Source: Paragordius varius
Taxonomy: Eukaryota; Animalia; Nematomorpha
DNA: 64,000 nucleotides
NCBI GenBank assembly: GCA_964247055.1
Contig: OZ176059.1
Span: forward strand, 2,108,001-2,172,000
Direction of reading: 5' to 3'
The notes beneath the pieces were generated by a model that saw nothing but the letters and a program-made list of their open reading frames with translations, was not told the origin of the DNA and searched no databases. Positions 52,801-64,000 of this stretch are shown here, one piece after another (the stretch's first letter is position 1; every line of letters starts with the position of its first letter). The position numbers and the translations under genes are program-made.

Positions 52801-55168
52801 TTGTTTGAAAAAAATTGTGTCATAATAAAATCTCAATTAATAAATTTCTTGCTGATGACCATTGGTTTTACATTAGCCAAAAAAAAATCGAATTAATTAA
52901 TTAAAGAGCAGTTGGTACTCAAACCGCGTCCCTATAAAAGTCCTATTTTATAGCTCAATGTGTCAAACTGCTAATGATTTTTTTCATATCTAATATAGTT
53001 CACGGCCTATTGAGATATAATAAATATTTTTGTAAATCCTCTATAAATTTTTTTTGTGAGTATTATTATTATTCTTGTTTTGGACTTAATCAAATTTAAT
53101 TGATTAATAAACAAATTACCACACTAAATGGTGTTATTTTAGGTTTTTTATGTAAAATTATTTTTTTAGATTTCTTTTAAATTTATTTAGTAGTATATTA
53201 AATACCTATTGCTATTTATATCCTTACCAAAAATTATAACCTAAGTATTGCACAGACACATATAAATAAATATGGTAAATGCTTCAGTCAGTCAGACAGG
53301 TATTTTTAATTAAAAATATAACCCAACTAAGTAAAAATATGTAAAAATACCACTAACTAAAAATAGAATCGATAAAAAATAGCAAAAATTTATAAGCTAC
53401 AAATTAATGAAATCTTGGGTAAAAGTAAATAAATAAATATATAAAGTTTACTAACTTCATGTTCCTTTTTAAGGATGTCATTTTGTAATTCCTGATACTC
53501 TTCCTGACCCTCATTCGGAGACATATAATAACCTTGGAAAAGATAAAAAAAAGTTATAACTATTAAAAATAATACCGTTATAACCGGTTTAGGAAATTAG
53601 TGATTACAATGAATTGCCCCCCAAAAAATATCCAAGATTAGGCTTATTTTAGTTTTACCTAAGTATACAAAATTTCCAAAAATTGTTTCAAAAAAAAGGT
53701 TGAGAGTATGGAGAGTTAGTTAATGTTAGGGCAAAATAATACCGATCTGAGTGCTTAAGGGTATTCAAATGTAATTACACTCGAAAATGTGTATTATTGT
53801 ATCTAAAAGTTAAAAGCGAAAACTTAATAATACTAATCTATCAAATGGCTTCCATCTATTGTATCAATACTAACAAACAACTAATATAAAATTAATATAT
53901 TAAAATTGTTAATCTCAAATTTTTGACATACAAAAAATTTAATTACATTCTTTATAGTTCGATTAATATTATTACTTTTAATATTTGATAAAATTATATT
54001 TATAAAACTTGACATATAATTCATATATTGAGCTAGCCAGTGACAGCCACGTCCATAGCATTTATAACTATTATCAAACCTACACCTACTTGTTATAGAG
54101 TTATAGCTATACAGTGTAAAGTCATCAAAAATTTATAAATGTTGAAATATTATAAACGAAAGGAGGGCTGGCCCAATCATCTATGCCCACAATTTTTGAC
54201 CTTTTAAAACATATGTGTATAAATGTTATTTGAAAATTTAAAATATACCGAAAATTTTACTTTTTATAGTTGACCTTATAAAACCGGACAATCCACTATT
54301 CAAGAAAACCTTTTATAACTTGCTTACTTCCTTTGAAAGGAGAAAATAGCGTATAAAAGGGAATATAAAAGTAAATTTTACTATATAAAAAGAAGATAGA
54401 AATGGTATCATCCATTAGTTGAATGATTTTATTTTAATACTATCTTACTTAACGCTTAATAAGCAAAAACACGGCAACTAATTTTTTAAAACTAAACAAT
54501 CCTAACTTAAGCTAATTAAATATCGTGTGTGTGTTAAAAATACAAAAATTATATGTGATAACATAATTCAGTAAATGTAAAAATTTATTTTCTAATAGAT
54601 TAACCTAGCCAACCAATTATAATATTAGTTCTAGGAATTTTTTATAAAAAAATTTATATAAAAATTAATAAAATTAGAAAAATATAAATATGATATAAAA
54701 AAACCTTCCTTAAGCATTTTTATGCCAAAGGCAAAAAATAGCAAAGCCGACATGTACACAACTATGGATCGTGGAATGTTTGTGACTAGCATACCCATAC
54801 AGGCTAGAAAAATTAATTGTCAAAAAATAAATATATAAATAAGTAGATTATTTATCAAATATAATAAAGTAAAACCTAATAATTTATATATAAATATATA
54901 TACCAGCTAAGACAGTCATTATAAAAAGGGCAGTCATAGCGCCTCCAAATACAATTAAGCGTGAATGCCGCATAGCCATTATGGCAGCTATAAAAAATGT
55001 TTTATCACCAATTTCGGACACGATAGTTATGGAGAGGGAACTTAGAAAGGCGTGATACATATTATTTGAAGTGGTTAAAGATGATTCAATATGATCATTT
55101 AAGTTGTGGATTGTTGAAATCGTAGATATATGATATGGTAAATGATTGGTTAGGTTTTTATAATCCAT
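49868..55168 (-). CDS. TMEM165: TMEM165/GDT1-family (UPF0016) Golgi Ca2+/Mn2+ transporter, about 347 aa, 6 exons
   Basis: Exons 55168-54904, 54803-54705, 53532-53456, 52185-51841, 50999-50894, 50019-49868 (1044 nt, phases consistent). Both E-x-G-D-(K/R)-(T/S) motifs present (SEIGDKTFFIAAIMAMRH; LAEWGDRSQIATIVLAA), plus MSPNEGQEE and GAILGHSLCTMLAVVAGR. Start codon inferred as the first in-frame ATG. Confidence 0.93.
50077..50304. mobile_element. 228-bp foldback MITE (TA TSD, CAGT termini, Tc1/mariner-like) in TMEM165 intron 5
   Basis: TA|cagtcatgtatcc...ggatacatgactg|TA with roughly 90-bp inverted arms; near-identical copies at 51580-51804 and 63915-64000. Confidence 0.9.
51580..51804. mobile_element. 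Foldback MITE, second copy, in TMEM165 intron 4
   Basis: Same sequence as 50077-50304 with few substitutions. Confidence 0.9.
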
Positions 55169-55268
55169 TGTGGGTTCGGAAAAAAATATTTTCCGAATAA
55201 GTTCTGGCTTCACGTTATTAAAAGATAGTTTAAATGAATGAATAGATAAGCAATATGTAAGGGTTGAT
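55169..55268. promoter_or_regulatory. Putative bidirectional promoter / overlapping 5' UTRs
   Basis: Only 100 bp separate the divergent predicted ATGs of TMEM165 (55168) and the PAP2 phosphatase (55269). Confidence 0.6.
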
Positions 55269-56148
55269 ATGGGTAAACCATCTGCTTTTACAGGTTACAC
55301 AGTTTAAATTTTAATGGTTTTAGAATATGGATCACTTAAATTTTATAAAATTGTGGAACTCTCTGGTAACGGTGCGATATGTTTGGCTATTTTACTTATG
55401 ATTTTGATATCTACTTCCTATCCCAACTTTCAAAATGTGATTATGAATCTCATTTTATGTATATAATTTACATATAAAATATTTAGATGTAATTTTAGAT
55501 TTGATTTTTGTATCATTGCTCAAAGTTTGTGTGCGTCGCAAAAGGCCATATTATCCATCCAAAGTTAAAGATGGTAATGATGGAGATCATATTGTGCCAA
55601 ACGATATATCCGCGATCTGTTCTAATTATCCTCATACTGAATCTCAACCTGATAACCTTAATGAATCTAAGCCCTATCATACCAAAATGATTTTAACTGT
55701 TGAATCTATCGATAGATACTCTTTTCCATCCGGGCATGTTTCACGTGCAACTTTGGTTATAACGCACATTTACTGGCATTGGCAAACGATATATGCAGAT
55801 TTTTTGCAACCGCACATTGTTTATGATTTTATACCGGTCAAACTTTTTCGGCTAATATGTCCTTCCCAGCAGAAAACTTTTGTGGTATCCAAAAACATTT
55901 CTAGCAAGACATATGATTGTTTAAATATGCACTACCTTGTTTTTTCTTACACCATATTTATGCTCGCAACTTGGTTGTACCTTATATGTCAATCGAGAAT
56001 ACGTCTTTTGAGACATCACATGAGCGATATTGTGTTTAGTTTTTTTCTTGGTCCATTAGAATTTTTCATGTTTGAACGATTTTGTAAAATTTCACTGAGC
56101 CATACAATGAATTTTATATTACCGTTACATTTACATTTTAATTATTGA
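55269..56148 (+). CDS. PAP2-superfamily lipid phosphate phosphatase, PLPP6/PLPP7-like, about 273 aa
   Basis: Exons 55269-55293, 55324-55458, 55487-56148. PAP2 motifs C1 K-VCV-RRKRP, C2 SFPSGH and C3 SRIRLLRHHMSD; upstream IVELSGNGAICL...NLILYVILDLIFVSLLK resembles PLPP6/7. Exon 1 is tentative because an alternative ATG exists at 55314. Confidence 0.85.
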
Positions 56149-57587
56149 TTTTTTCAAAAACGGTTGTCCAAATATTAACGATCATTAAATTTTTAATAGT
56201 TTTTTATACCTTAAATTATTGTAAATAATTAAATATATTGATGTATATATTAAAAATTACAATAATTATTTTAGAAATATGAAACTTTCTTTTTTACCGG
56301 GATGGAATTACAGTTTTTGCCCGAATTATTTATATATTGAGGTTAATGTTTGGTTAGTATAGGCCTTCTAATTAAAAAAAGTATGAAATATGTTGCTGTT
56401 CACAATAAAAGACTATTGTAAATTTTCTCCATATAATATTTAATCTATAAACGTAATGTAGGGTTTCTTTTTTATGATAAAGTTGACTCAAAGTCTACCT
56501 TATTTTCCCTTAGTTAAACGATGATATATTTCAGATTGAAAATTATTTATAATACAAATGTAGAACGTACATCAACTGTTTCGACGCGACACCTTTAAAT
56601 TCGCGTAGATATTGAAGCCGTTTTAATAGAACCACTGTTCAAACCATATTTTAAGAACCTCAAACCGTGGTCTACGTGCCACTCCCTGCAATAGAAATCC
56701 TTTTTTGTGGCCTAGAAATATTATTTTTTAGTGTACTTATTAGCAGTAGAAATATATTCTGTATCAAACAGCTATAAATTTATCGGTATTATAGCCTTTG
56801 AAAAAAAAAATTTATGCCTTTATTTTTTTGGCTATGTAAAATCTGATAAAATAGAATAATTATATCTGGAATGATTTTATAATAATTTTTTTACACTTAA
56901 CCAAACTCAAGATACTTAATACACATTTGCACTTCATTACCTTTTAAGGTAATTTAAGAGCGATTTACCTCGAGTATCATTAAATTTGAGATATTAGGCC
57001 AAATTGAATGTGCATTTTTTAGCATTTAGGCGCGTGATTTAAATTAAGGCAATGTAAATTCTTGTTAACTTTTTAAAAAACATTTTTCCTTTTGAATATT
57101 AAGTAACTTAAATAACAGCAAAATAAATATTATTTATAATAACTTAAAAAAATATATATGTGGAATAATGTTTGATATTTATTGATTTCCATATCAGTTG
57201 TTATTTGATTTGCGTTTTAATATTCCAATTTGGACTTAGAGGTTAAAAAATGTAAATACAGTTTATATATAGTACAGGTGAGCAATAGTTTTAAATTTTA
57301 GCCAACAAAACTTTCATAATAGTTGCCTGTTTAAGTCTGATATATAAACCATTTCACAATGTATTCTTCTACAAAATAATGATTAAGCAATGTTGTTAAA
57401 ATCAAAGGATAAAAAGCGCAACATACAAAAATATCATAAATAAATATGGAAAAAAATTAAAAATTCAATTAATCTAATTATTATCCAGTTCTTTAATTAA
57501 AAAGTAGGGAAACAAAAGCAAGTTCACAAATAATATGCTTGGGCCAAAGACCAAATTAAAAAATAATAAAATGGAAGTCAAATGAAA

Positions 57588-57802
57588 AAATCAATAAGAG
57601 TGTTGAAGTTGGCTACCGGTTGCAGATTGGATATATAAGTATATTCTAGTTAGCATCTCAGACAATAAAAAAAACCCAAATTTGATGAGTGTTTACGCGT
57701 TTTGTCCTTATTGTGGACTCATCAGTCACACAAATGATGATGCTAAGTAATATATACCCAATCTGTAACTGGTAGGCAACTATTCTTACCTCATATTGAT
57801 TT
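57588..57802. repeat. Palindromic element with a central hammerhead-ribozyme-like motif (possible Penelope-like pLTR relic)
   Basis: Imperfect inverted arms aagagtgttgaagttggctaccggttgcagattggatata / tatacccaatctgtaactggtaggcaactattctt; centre on the minus strand reads CTGATGA-gtcc-acaataa-ggac-AAAA-cgcgTA. Confidence 0.55.
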
Positions 57803-58396
57803 GTATAATAGGGCATTCCGCAAAAAATATTTGAATTCTTTTAATTATCAATACATGAAGCTATAATAATTTTATTTCATTTTTACATATGTTAAAAAAC
57901 ATAAAAAGTGATTAATATAGGGGTGTTGTTGGAGGTATTAAGTATATAATAATTAAGTTTATCAATACACGGTTTTTCAAAAGTATGTTACACATATTTT
58001 TTCTCTATAGCAATAAGGGTGGCAGATAATCTTTAAATTTCGTAATTATGTAAGTTTTTATTTTAAATGCAAATTAGTTATAATTTGCTAGAGAGCCATA
58101 GGATAACAGATCACTTTGACGAATACAAAACTATTAATAAATATCAATGATACATTTTGGAAACCATCCAAAATGTAAGGATACACCAAAAGATAACACC
58201 GTAATATGAATAAACTAAAATTAAGCTACAAACATTCATATTTTTTACATTTATCAAGGTCTTCTTCGGTCTGTTACCGTTTACTTAAATATCATAAAAG
58301 TTAAAATTCTAAGTCTAATTAATGCTTATAAGCATATAACGTTTATATTTTCCGGATCGAAATTGATTAATTTTGTAAAGTATTAATAATAATATA

Positions 58397-60998
58397 CTAG
58401 CGTAAATCTCGGGCTGCTACGCAGCCCCAAGAAGACTTCTTGGGGGAGGGCAATATTTTTGCCTTTATACGCGTATGATCTCATAATTTTGGCGAAACCC
58501 TAACAACATATTGTTGAGCGGGTTAAGGGTATAAAGGCCTCAAGTGCACCAAATTTGAACAATGTTAACAAAAAAATATACTTCAGCAATGATCTCAGTA
58601 TAAAAAACATAAGAAATTATTTGGTGCGTGCAAAAAAAGCTTTATTTTTGACATTAGATATATAAATAATAGAAAAGACATGTATAATTTTGGCCTTAGA
58701 GAGTAAAGATAATATATATATATATATTAATGCATAAACTGTGTGAGTTAATCACTGAGCATAATTTATCCTTATGGAGTATGTATATATGGCTTACACA
58801 CAATTGGATACGAGCCTGCGAAGCCGCTATTAGAAATTAGGGCTCAACAAATTGTGATCCATATATGTAGATTATTTCGAAACAATATTTAATAGTTACG
58901 ATCTCATAGGATTTTCAAAACGGTGCTTCATTGAATTTTCAAAACTGTGCATTCATACTAATTTATTGTTAACTGGTGTGAAGGCCCCAAATTTTTACCT
59001 TTTATGGGTATTGTTTAAAACCCTTATTGAACTGGTATGGCTACTTATGTTTTGAAAATTAGCTCCAAAACCACGCATTTTTGTATGGCATCTCAGTTTA
59101 GACCTATAGGGCAAAGCGCTGAGTTAAATTTTTTGTCTTTATAGGGCAAATTTGGAATCATCTTTGATACCATCGTCTCTTGAATTTTGAAAAAACTACG
59201 TCAATACTTCGTTATATGATGGCGTATTTTTAGGACATAAAGGCCCGAAATTAACGGTTTATAAAAAATGCCAGACCTTAATTTTTACCTAGTTACGGGT
59301 AATTTGTTTTAATGAATGGCCTCATAAATTTTTTGTAAATTAGCTCCAAACACAATTTATATATAGTGGCAGATTTTGGCGGGTCTCCTTACCCAGAGTC
59401 AGGTTTAAAAATTTGTGCAAAATTCTTGCCTTTACATGGGGTATATCTGGAATTATCATGGATCCCATATGTTCCTATCAATTCTTAGAAATAATGCTTC
59501 AAAACTAATAAACTGTTTTATGGCGGATTTTACAGGACCTTTACTTAGCATATCATAAAAATAACCCTCATGCTAAAATATTTGTTTTCAAGGGGTAATA
59601 AATATACTAGGCCCTTATTGAACTAACAGAGTCTGATATTCAAATAATTTGGCTCAAAAGGATGTTGTATCGATATGGCGACACAGTTTTAACACCTCGA
59701 TTCAAATTGGGGTATCTAAATACCCCAGACTAAATTTAAATTAAAATATTTAAAAAACTACTGAAGGAAACGGTCCCAATTTAAATTTATGCTTCTATCC
59801 TGATAAATATTATATAAATATGAAAAAATATCTTGATAAAAATTTGTTTTGAAAAAAAAGTTTGATCTCAAACTACTTCGACGCCATTTTTATTTTACAA
59901 AAATTTTGCAAAATATCGTCTTAATTTAATTTTAAGGGAAAAACTAAAGCTTATTTTTTATATAAATTATATCTAACATTTATAGAAATAGAAAAAGCGG
60001 TTTATTTTGTATTATTTTTTACTTTTACAATTAGACACATGTCACGTGACTAAATTTTTAACTTTCAGTTTTAGCTCTAAATAAGTAATATCAAGTATTT
60101 TTGAATAAAATTTTTAATATATTTCGGTTTATTAATGTTATACAAGTGCAAAATTTTGCCATGGTTTTAAAGTATTTGAATTTAAACAGGCCTGGGGTAT
60201 CTAACTACCCCAATTTGAATCGAAGGACTAAAATGAGTGTGTTGTATCCAAGTGTTAATCGGGGACTACCTAACATAGGGTGAAACAAAAAATTTCTCAG
60301 TTAAAATTTTTGCCTTAATTCGGGTAATACCTGAAATCATGATTAATTTCCATATACTCCCGTGGGATTTTCAAAAAATTGCCTCAAAACCAAAAAATCA
60401 AATGATGGCGCATTTTCAAGGTAAGGGTCTAATTAAGGCTTAATAAATTTTCTATTTAGTCCTAAAGGCACGCTATTTCGAAATGACGGGGTCGTTTTAA
60501 GCGGGTATTTGCTTGCCTGGCAGCCAATATAAAAAACGCACGACTATATTTTTTGCCTTTTAACAGGGAATACCTGGAATTCTTTTGAAATGTTAAGGTC
60601 TCATACCTCAGGCGAAAAACACATTAAAATTTTGTAGCCTTTTTTGAAAAAAAACTGGCTTTTTACGGGGGGATGAGGGAGGGGGGGGGGTAAAAAGAGC
60701 GTCTAAATTAAAAAAGCGAGCCGACTATGTTTAGCGCTATCAAAAAAAGAAAATATTATATTATAAATCAAATGGTCCAACACGTTCTCCGGAAAATTGT
60801 CTAAAAGACACGATTTTTGTGCACTTCTGTTTTCAAAATAAAAGCACTTTTCACACGGGGTGGGTCTGAACTGGGGGCCTAATTCAAAAAAAGGGCGAAG
60901 CTATTGTCGGGGCATTAATTAATGATTATGGAGAATGGGTCTACCTGTTTTGCGGTATCAGTCAAAGCCAGCATCTACCATTTTTATAAATATATAGA
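58397..60998 (-). mobile_element. Long Helitron of the same family with internal tandem units
   Basis: 5' TC end at 60998; minus-strand 3' hairpin gggctgc-gta-gcagccc then gagatttacgCTAG|T at 58397; 3' region shared with 8900-9208; interrupted by the TTAA MITE at 59693-60254. Confidence 0.8.
59693..60254. mobile_element. TTAA-flanked MITE inserted in a Helitron
   Basis: TTAA|cacctcgattc...gtatccaagtg|TTAA; the Helitron repeat unit resumes on both sides. Confidence 0.85.
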
Positions 60999-61107
60999 AG
61001 ATTTAAATATATCATATGGTTTATAAGTGAATAGAAATCTTTTTTAAATAACAGATGGTATAATTTAACCCTTGTTTTGATTTTTATTTTTTTATAATTT
61101 TTAAAAT

Positions 61108-63075
61108 ATGGGGGATATTGTCAAAGGCCACCAAAATACATCCGATGATTGTTTGATAATGGATAGTACGGATATAAAAAGTTGTTCTAGTAAAACTTTG
61201 CATGCATATTCCACCTTTATTTTATCTCAATTCGATCGTTTACGAAAGCGCGAGGAGCTTTGTGATGTCACTTTAATAGTTGGAGGGGAGAGCTTCAAGG
61301 CCCATAAGTATACTTATTATCATATACGATTATCATTTTAATTGTTTGTATCGGACAGTAATATATTGTATAACACTTTTTACCATTTATTTTGAATCCA
61401 TATTTTACTGTTTAGAGCGATTTTAAGCGCTGCATCTCCCTATTTTTATGCCATGTTTACCAGTCATATGGATGAGAGTCGAAAATCGCAAATTGAAATC
61501 CATGATATCTCAGCTCAAGCTATGAATATAATATTAGGTTATTTTTTATATTTTTACACACAAGATGGTAAATTTAGAGATTTTATTTTTATTACACAAA
61601 TTTTTAATAAGATTCACAATTTTTTTGTTGGCTATTAAGTTTAGAAATAAACAATGCTAGCTTAAAGTTTGTATAAATTATATTTTTCCGAAAAATGCAT
61701 ACTTTTAATGTTATTTTTCCTACCTTAAAATTTTATGTTTATGGATATAAAGTTTAAATAGAATCAAATTAAACTTATATTATATATTAATTTTTTATAC
61801 TTTTTATAACTATATCGCTTTATCACACCTTTATTGGTTAATTCAATTTAAAAATATAATCAAATGTTCATTTTAATACGGCTAAAATAACAAAAGTTTT
61901 GAATAATCACAACAATAAACTATTTAAATATTGAGTGGGTTTTTAATTATTAAGTGTACGAAAATATTTTTTAAAAAATAAATATATTATAAAACAAAAT
62001 TGAAAAAAAACAGTTCAAATCTACAAAATCTATAAAAAATAATTTTGACCACTTTTTATACATTGTTTGTTAAGAATTATATTTTATAAAATTAAAACTT
62101 ATAATTAACATCTGCCATTTGTTAACACTTTATGACCTTTTTAGGGGAGTTTTATAACCTTGGGCCCATTTAAAATTTCGATAACTTAAAAAAATTTTTA
62201 GCATTAAGGCACAAATATAAACATATGATTTCTTTAGCCTTGTAAGTGAATGATATAAAAAAAGTTTTTTTACATTTAAAATAAGAATAAAAAATTGTCA
62301 TCTTAAACTTTTTTGTAGCCATTTTTTCCTTTGAGTTTTTTTTAAATTGTGAATACAACACGCAAATAACTGTATATTATGGTTAATAAATATCTAAAAC
62401 TTTCCAGCAATTAGTTGATTAATTTTATTGTAACTTTTTTCATTTATATTTAAATTAAACTAACTAATTACAGTATAAAATTGGAATTATACGGACAAAA
62501 CGTAAAAATATAAAGACAAATTTTTTTTTCTAAGAGACAACCATACTTTTTAAATCTTAATTTTTTAAAATTTAAATAATTGTTAAAATTTGCAATTATG
62601 GAATAGAAATGAATATATGTAACACAATCAATCATATATTTTCTACTTGTATATAACATTTAATATATGGAAAAAATTTTTTTGGATTTAAAAAAGTATG
62701 TATGGTTGATTGGCTTGGTTATATTTTATAAAAAAAATATTTGTGTCTTTATATTTTTACGTTTTATGTCCTTTCGTATGATTCAATTTAATTTTTAATT
62801 TTTACTGTTAATGTTGCTAATAAATTAAAAATAATCTTTTTTTAGAATTCATTTATACGTACAATGAAATTGTGGTGAATGAATGTAATGTACAAACCCT
62901 ATTACCAGCTGCTTGCTTATTTCAACTTGACCAGGTGCAAAAAGTGTGCGAACAATTTTTGTTGAATCAGTTGGATTCAGGTAATTGTTTGGGTATTCGG
63001 GCTTTTGCAGATCTCCATTCTTGTCATGATTTGTATGACATAGCTGATAGATTTGTCCATAATACGTTTGAGGAG
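61108..63075 (+). CDS. BTB-BACK kelch-like protein (KLHL20/diablo-like), 5' part; continues beyond the window
   Basis: Exons 61108-61307, 61416-61537, 62846-63075. Spliced product [39 protein letters not shown]...EFIYT...[14 protein letters not shown]...[18 protein letters not shown] is a canonical BTB plus the start of BACK. Confidence 0.92.
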
Positions 63076-63914
63076 GTTTACCTACATTATACTAACTAAT
63101 CTTTTTTACACAATACAGTACAGTAGTTAAAATTGAAATTGATTGAAATCATATATATATATGGACAAAAATGTAAAAATTATATATATAGATGGCGTAT
63201 ACATAAATATAAAAGTTTATATGTACGTAAAAGACAACTTACCATACTTTTTAAACCTTGATTTTTAGAAAAAATAACTAATGATTGTTGATTTCAACCG
63301 CAAAATATGAGATATAGGGATGTAAATTGGTAACATATAATCAATTACATATTTAATGATTGTAAATAAATGAATTTTATAGAATAAATCAAGGTTTAAA
63401 AAAAGTATGATTTTCTTTTGAAAAAAATTATTTTGTCTTTAGATTTTTACATTTTGTCCGTATAATAACACTCTTTACCATAAAAAGACGCTATTTTACC
63501 ACTTTTTATGTAATTTGGATATTTAGATACCGTTTTATATAATACGTTTATTTTGCGGTTTGACTGTATTGTCCTATTAAGAATAGTTATTTTATCTTAT
63601 AATATTCTAAAGATATAAAATACAAAAAAATTAATTTTAACAGACAAAACATATAATCTAAAAGACAAGTATATATATATATATATTTATAAGACAACCA
63701 AATCCTTATGTTAACCTTAATATTTCCTACACAAAACTATATTTACAATCTTTAACTATATAAATGAGTATATTAATATAAATCACTCGCTGTTTTTGCA
63801 TTTGAGCTAATTTAATCAAATAATCAAGGTTTTATCAAATATATTTGTCTTTTTGAAAATATATTTTTAATTTTTTACGTTTGTCCTTTAGAGTTTACTT
63901 ATTTATATAATATA

Positions 63915-64000
63915 CAGTCATATATCCTTTATTTTATCAAAAATTTATTTTTTCTCTTTAAATGGGTATTAATATTTGGTAAATAATGGAAAAAACAAGA
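63915..64000. mobile_element. Foldback MITE, third copy (cut by the window edge)
   Basis: TA|cagtcatatatccttt... matches 50077 onward. Confidence 0.85.

Overview
Extremely AT-rich eukaryotic DNA, most likely from an invertebrate animal (inferred from gene content); no prokaryotic features, CRISPR arrays or recognisable rRNA/tRNA genes. By hand-splicing I can build six intron-containing genes with consistent exon phases: an unknown gene running off the left edge (-), an SRA1/SRAP homologue that is almost invisible in the ORF track (-), a strongly remodelled Pins/GPSM (LGN/AGS3) homologue with a single GoLoco motif (-), TMEM165/GDT1 (-) head-to-head with a PLPP6/7-like PAP2 phosphatase (+), and the 5' part of a BTB-BACK kelch-like gene (+). 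The rest is transposon-derived: a non-autonomous Helitron family with internal ~320-bp tandem units, a full-length decayed hAT with an 8-bp TSD, Ty3/Gypsy, Ginger-like and RTE-type relics, and many foldback MITEs. The most unusual signals concern splicing: four predicted 27-30-nt introns sit next to kb-sized ones, and among 22 modelled 5' splice sites 11 have T at +3, none has G at +3 and only 3 have G at +5. A hammerhead-ribozyme-like motif lies at the centre of a palindrome near 57.7 kb. All gene models and family assignments come from manual translation and remembered motifs; no database searches were run.
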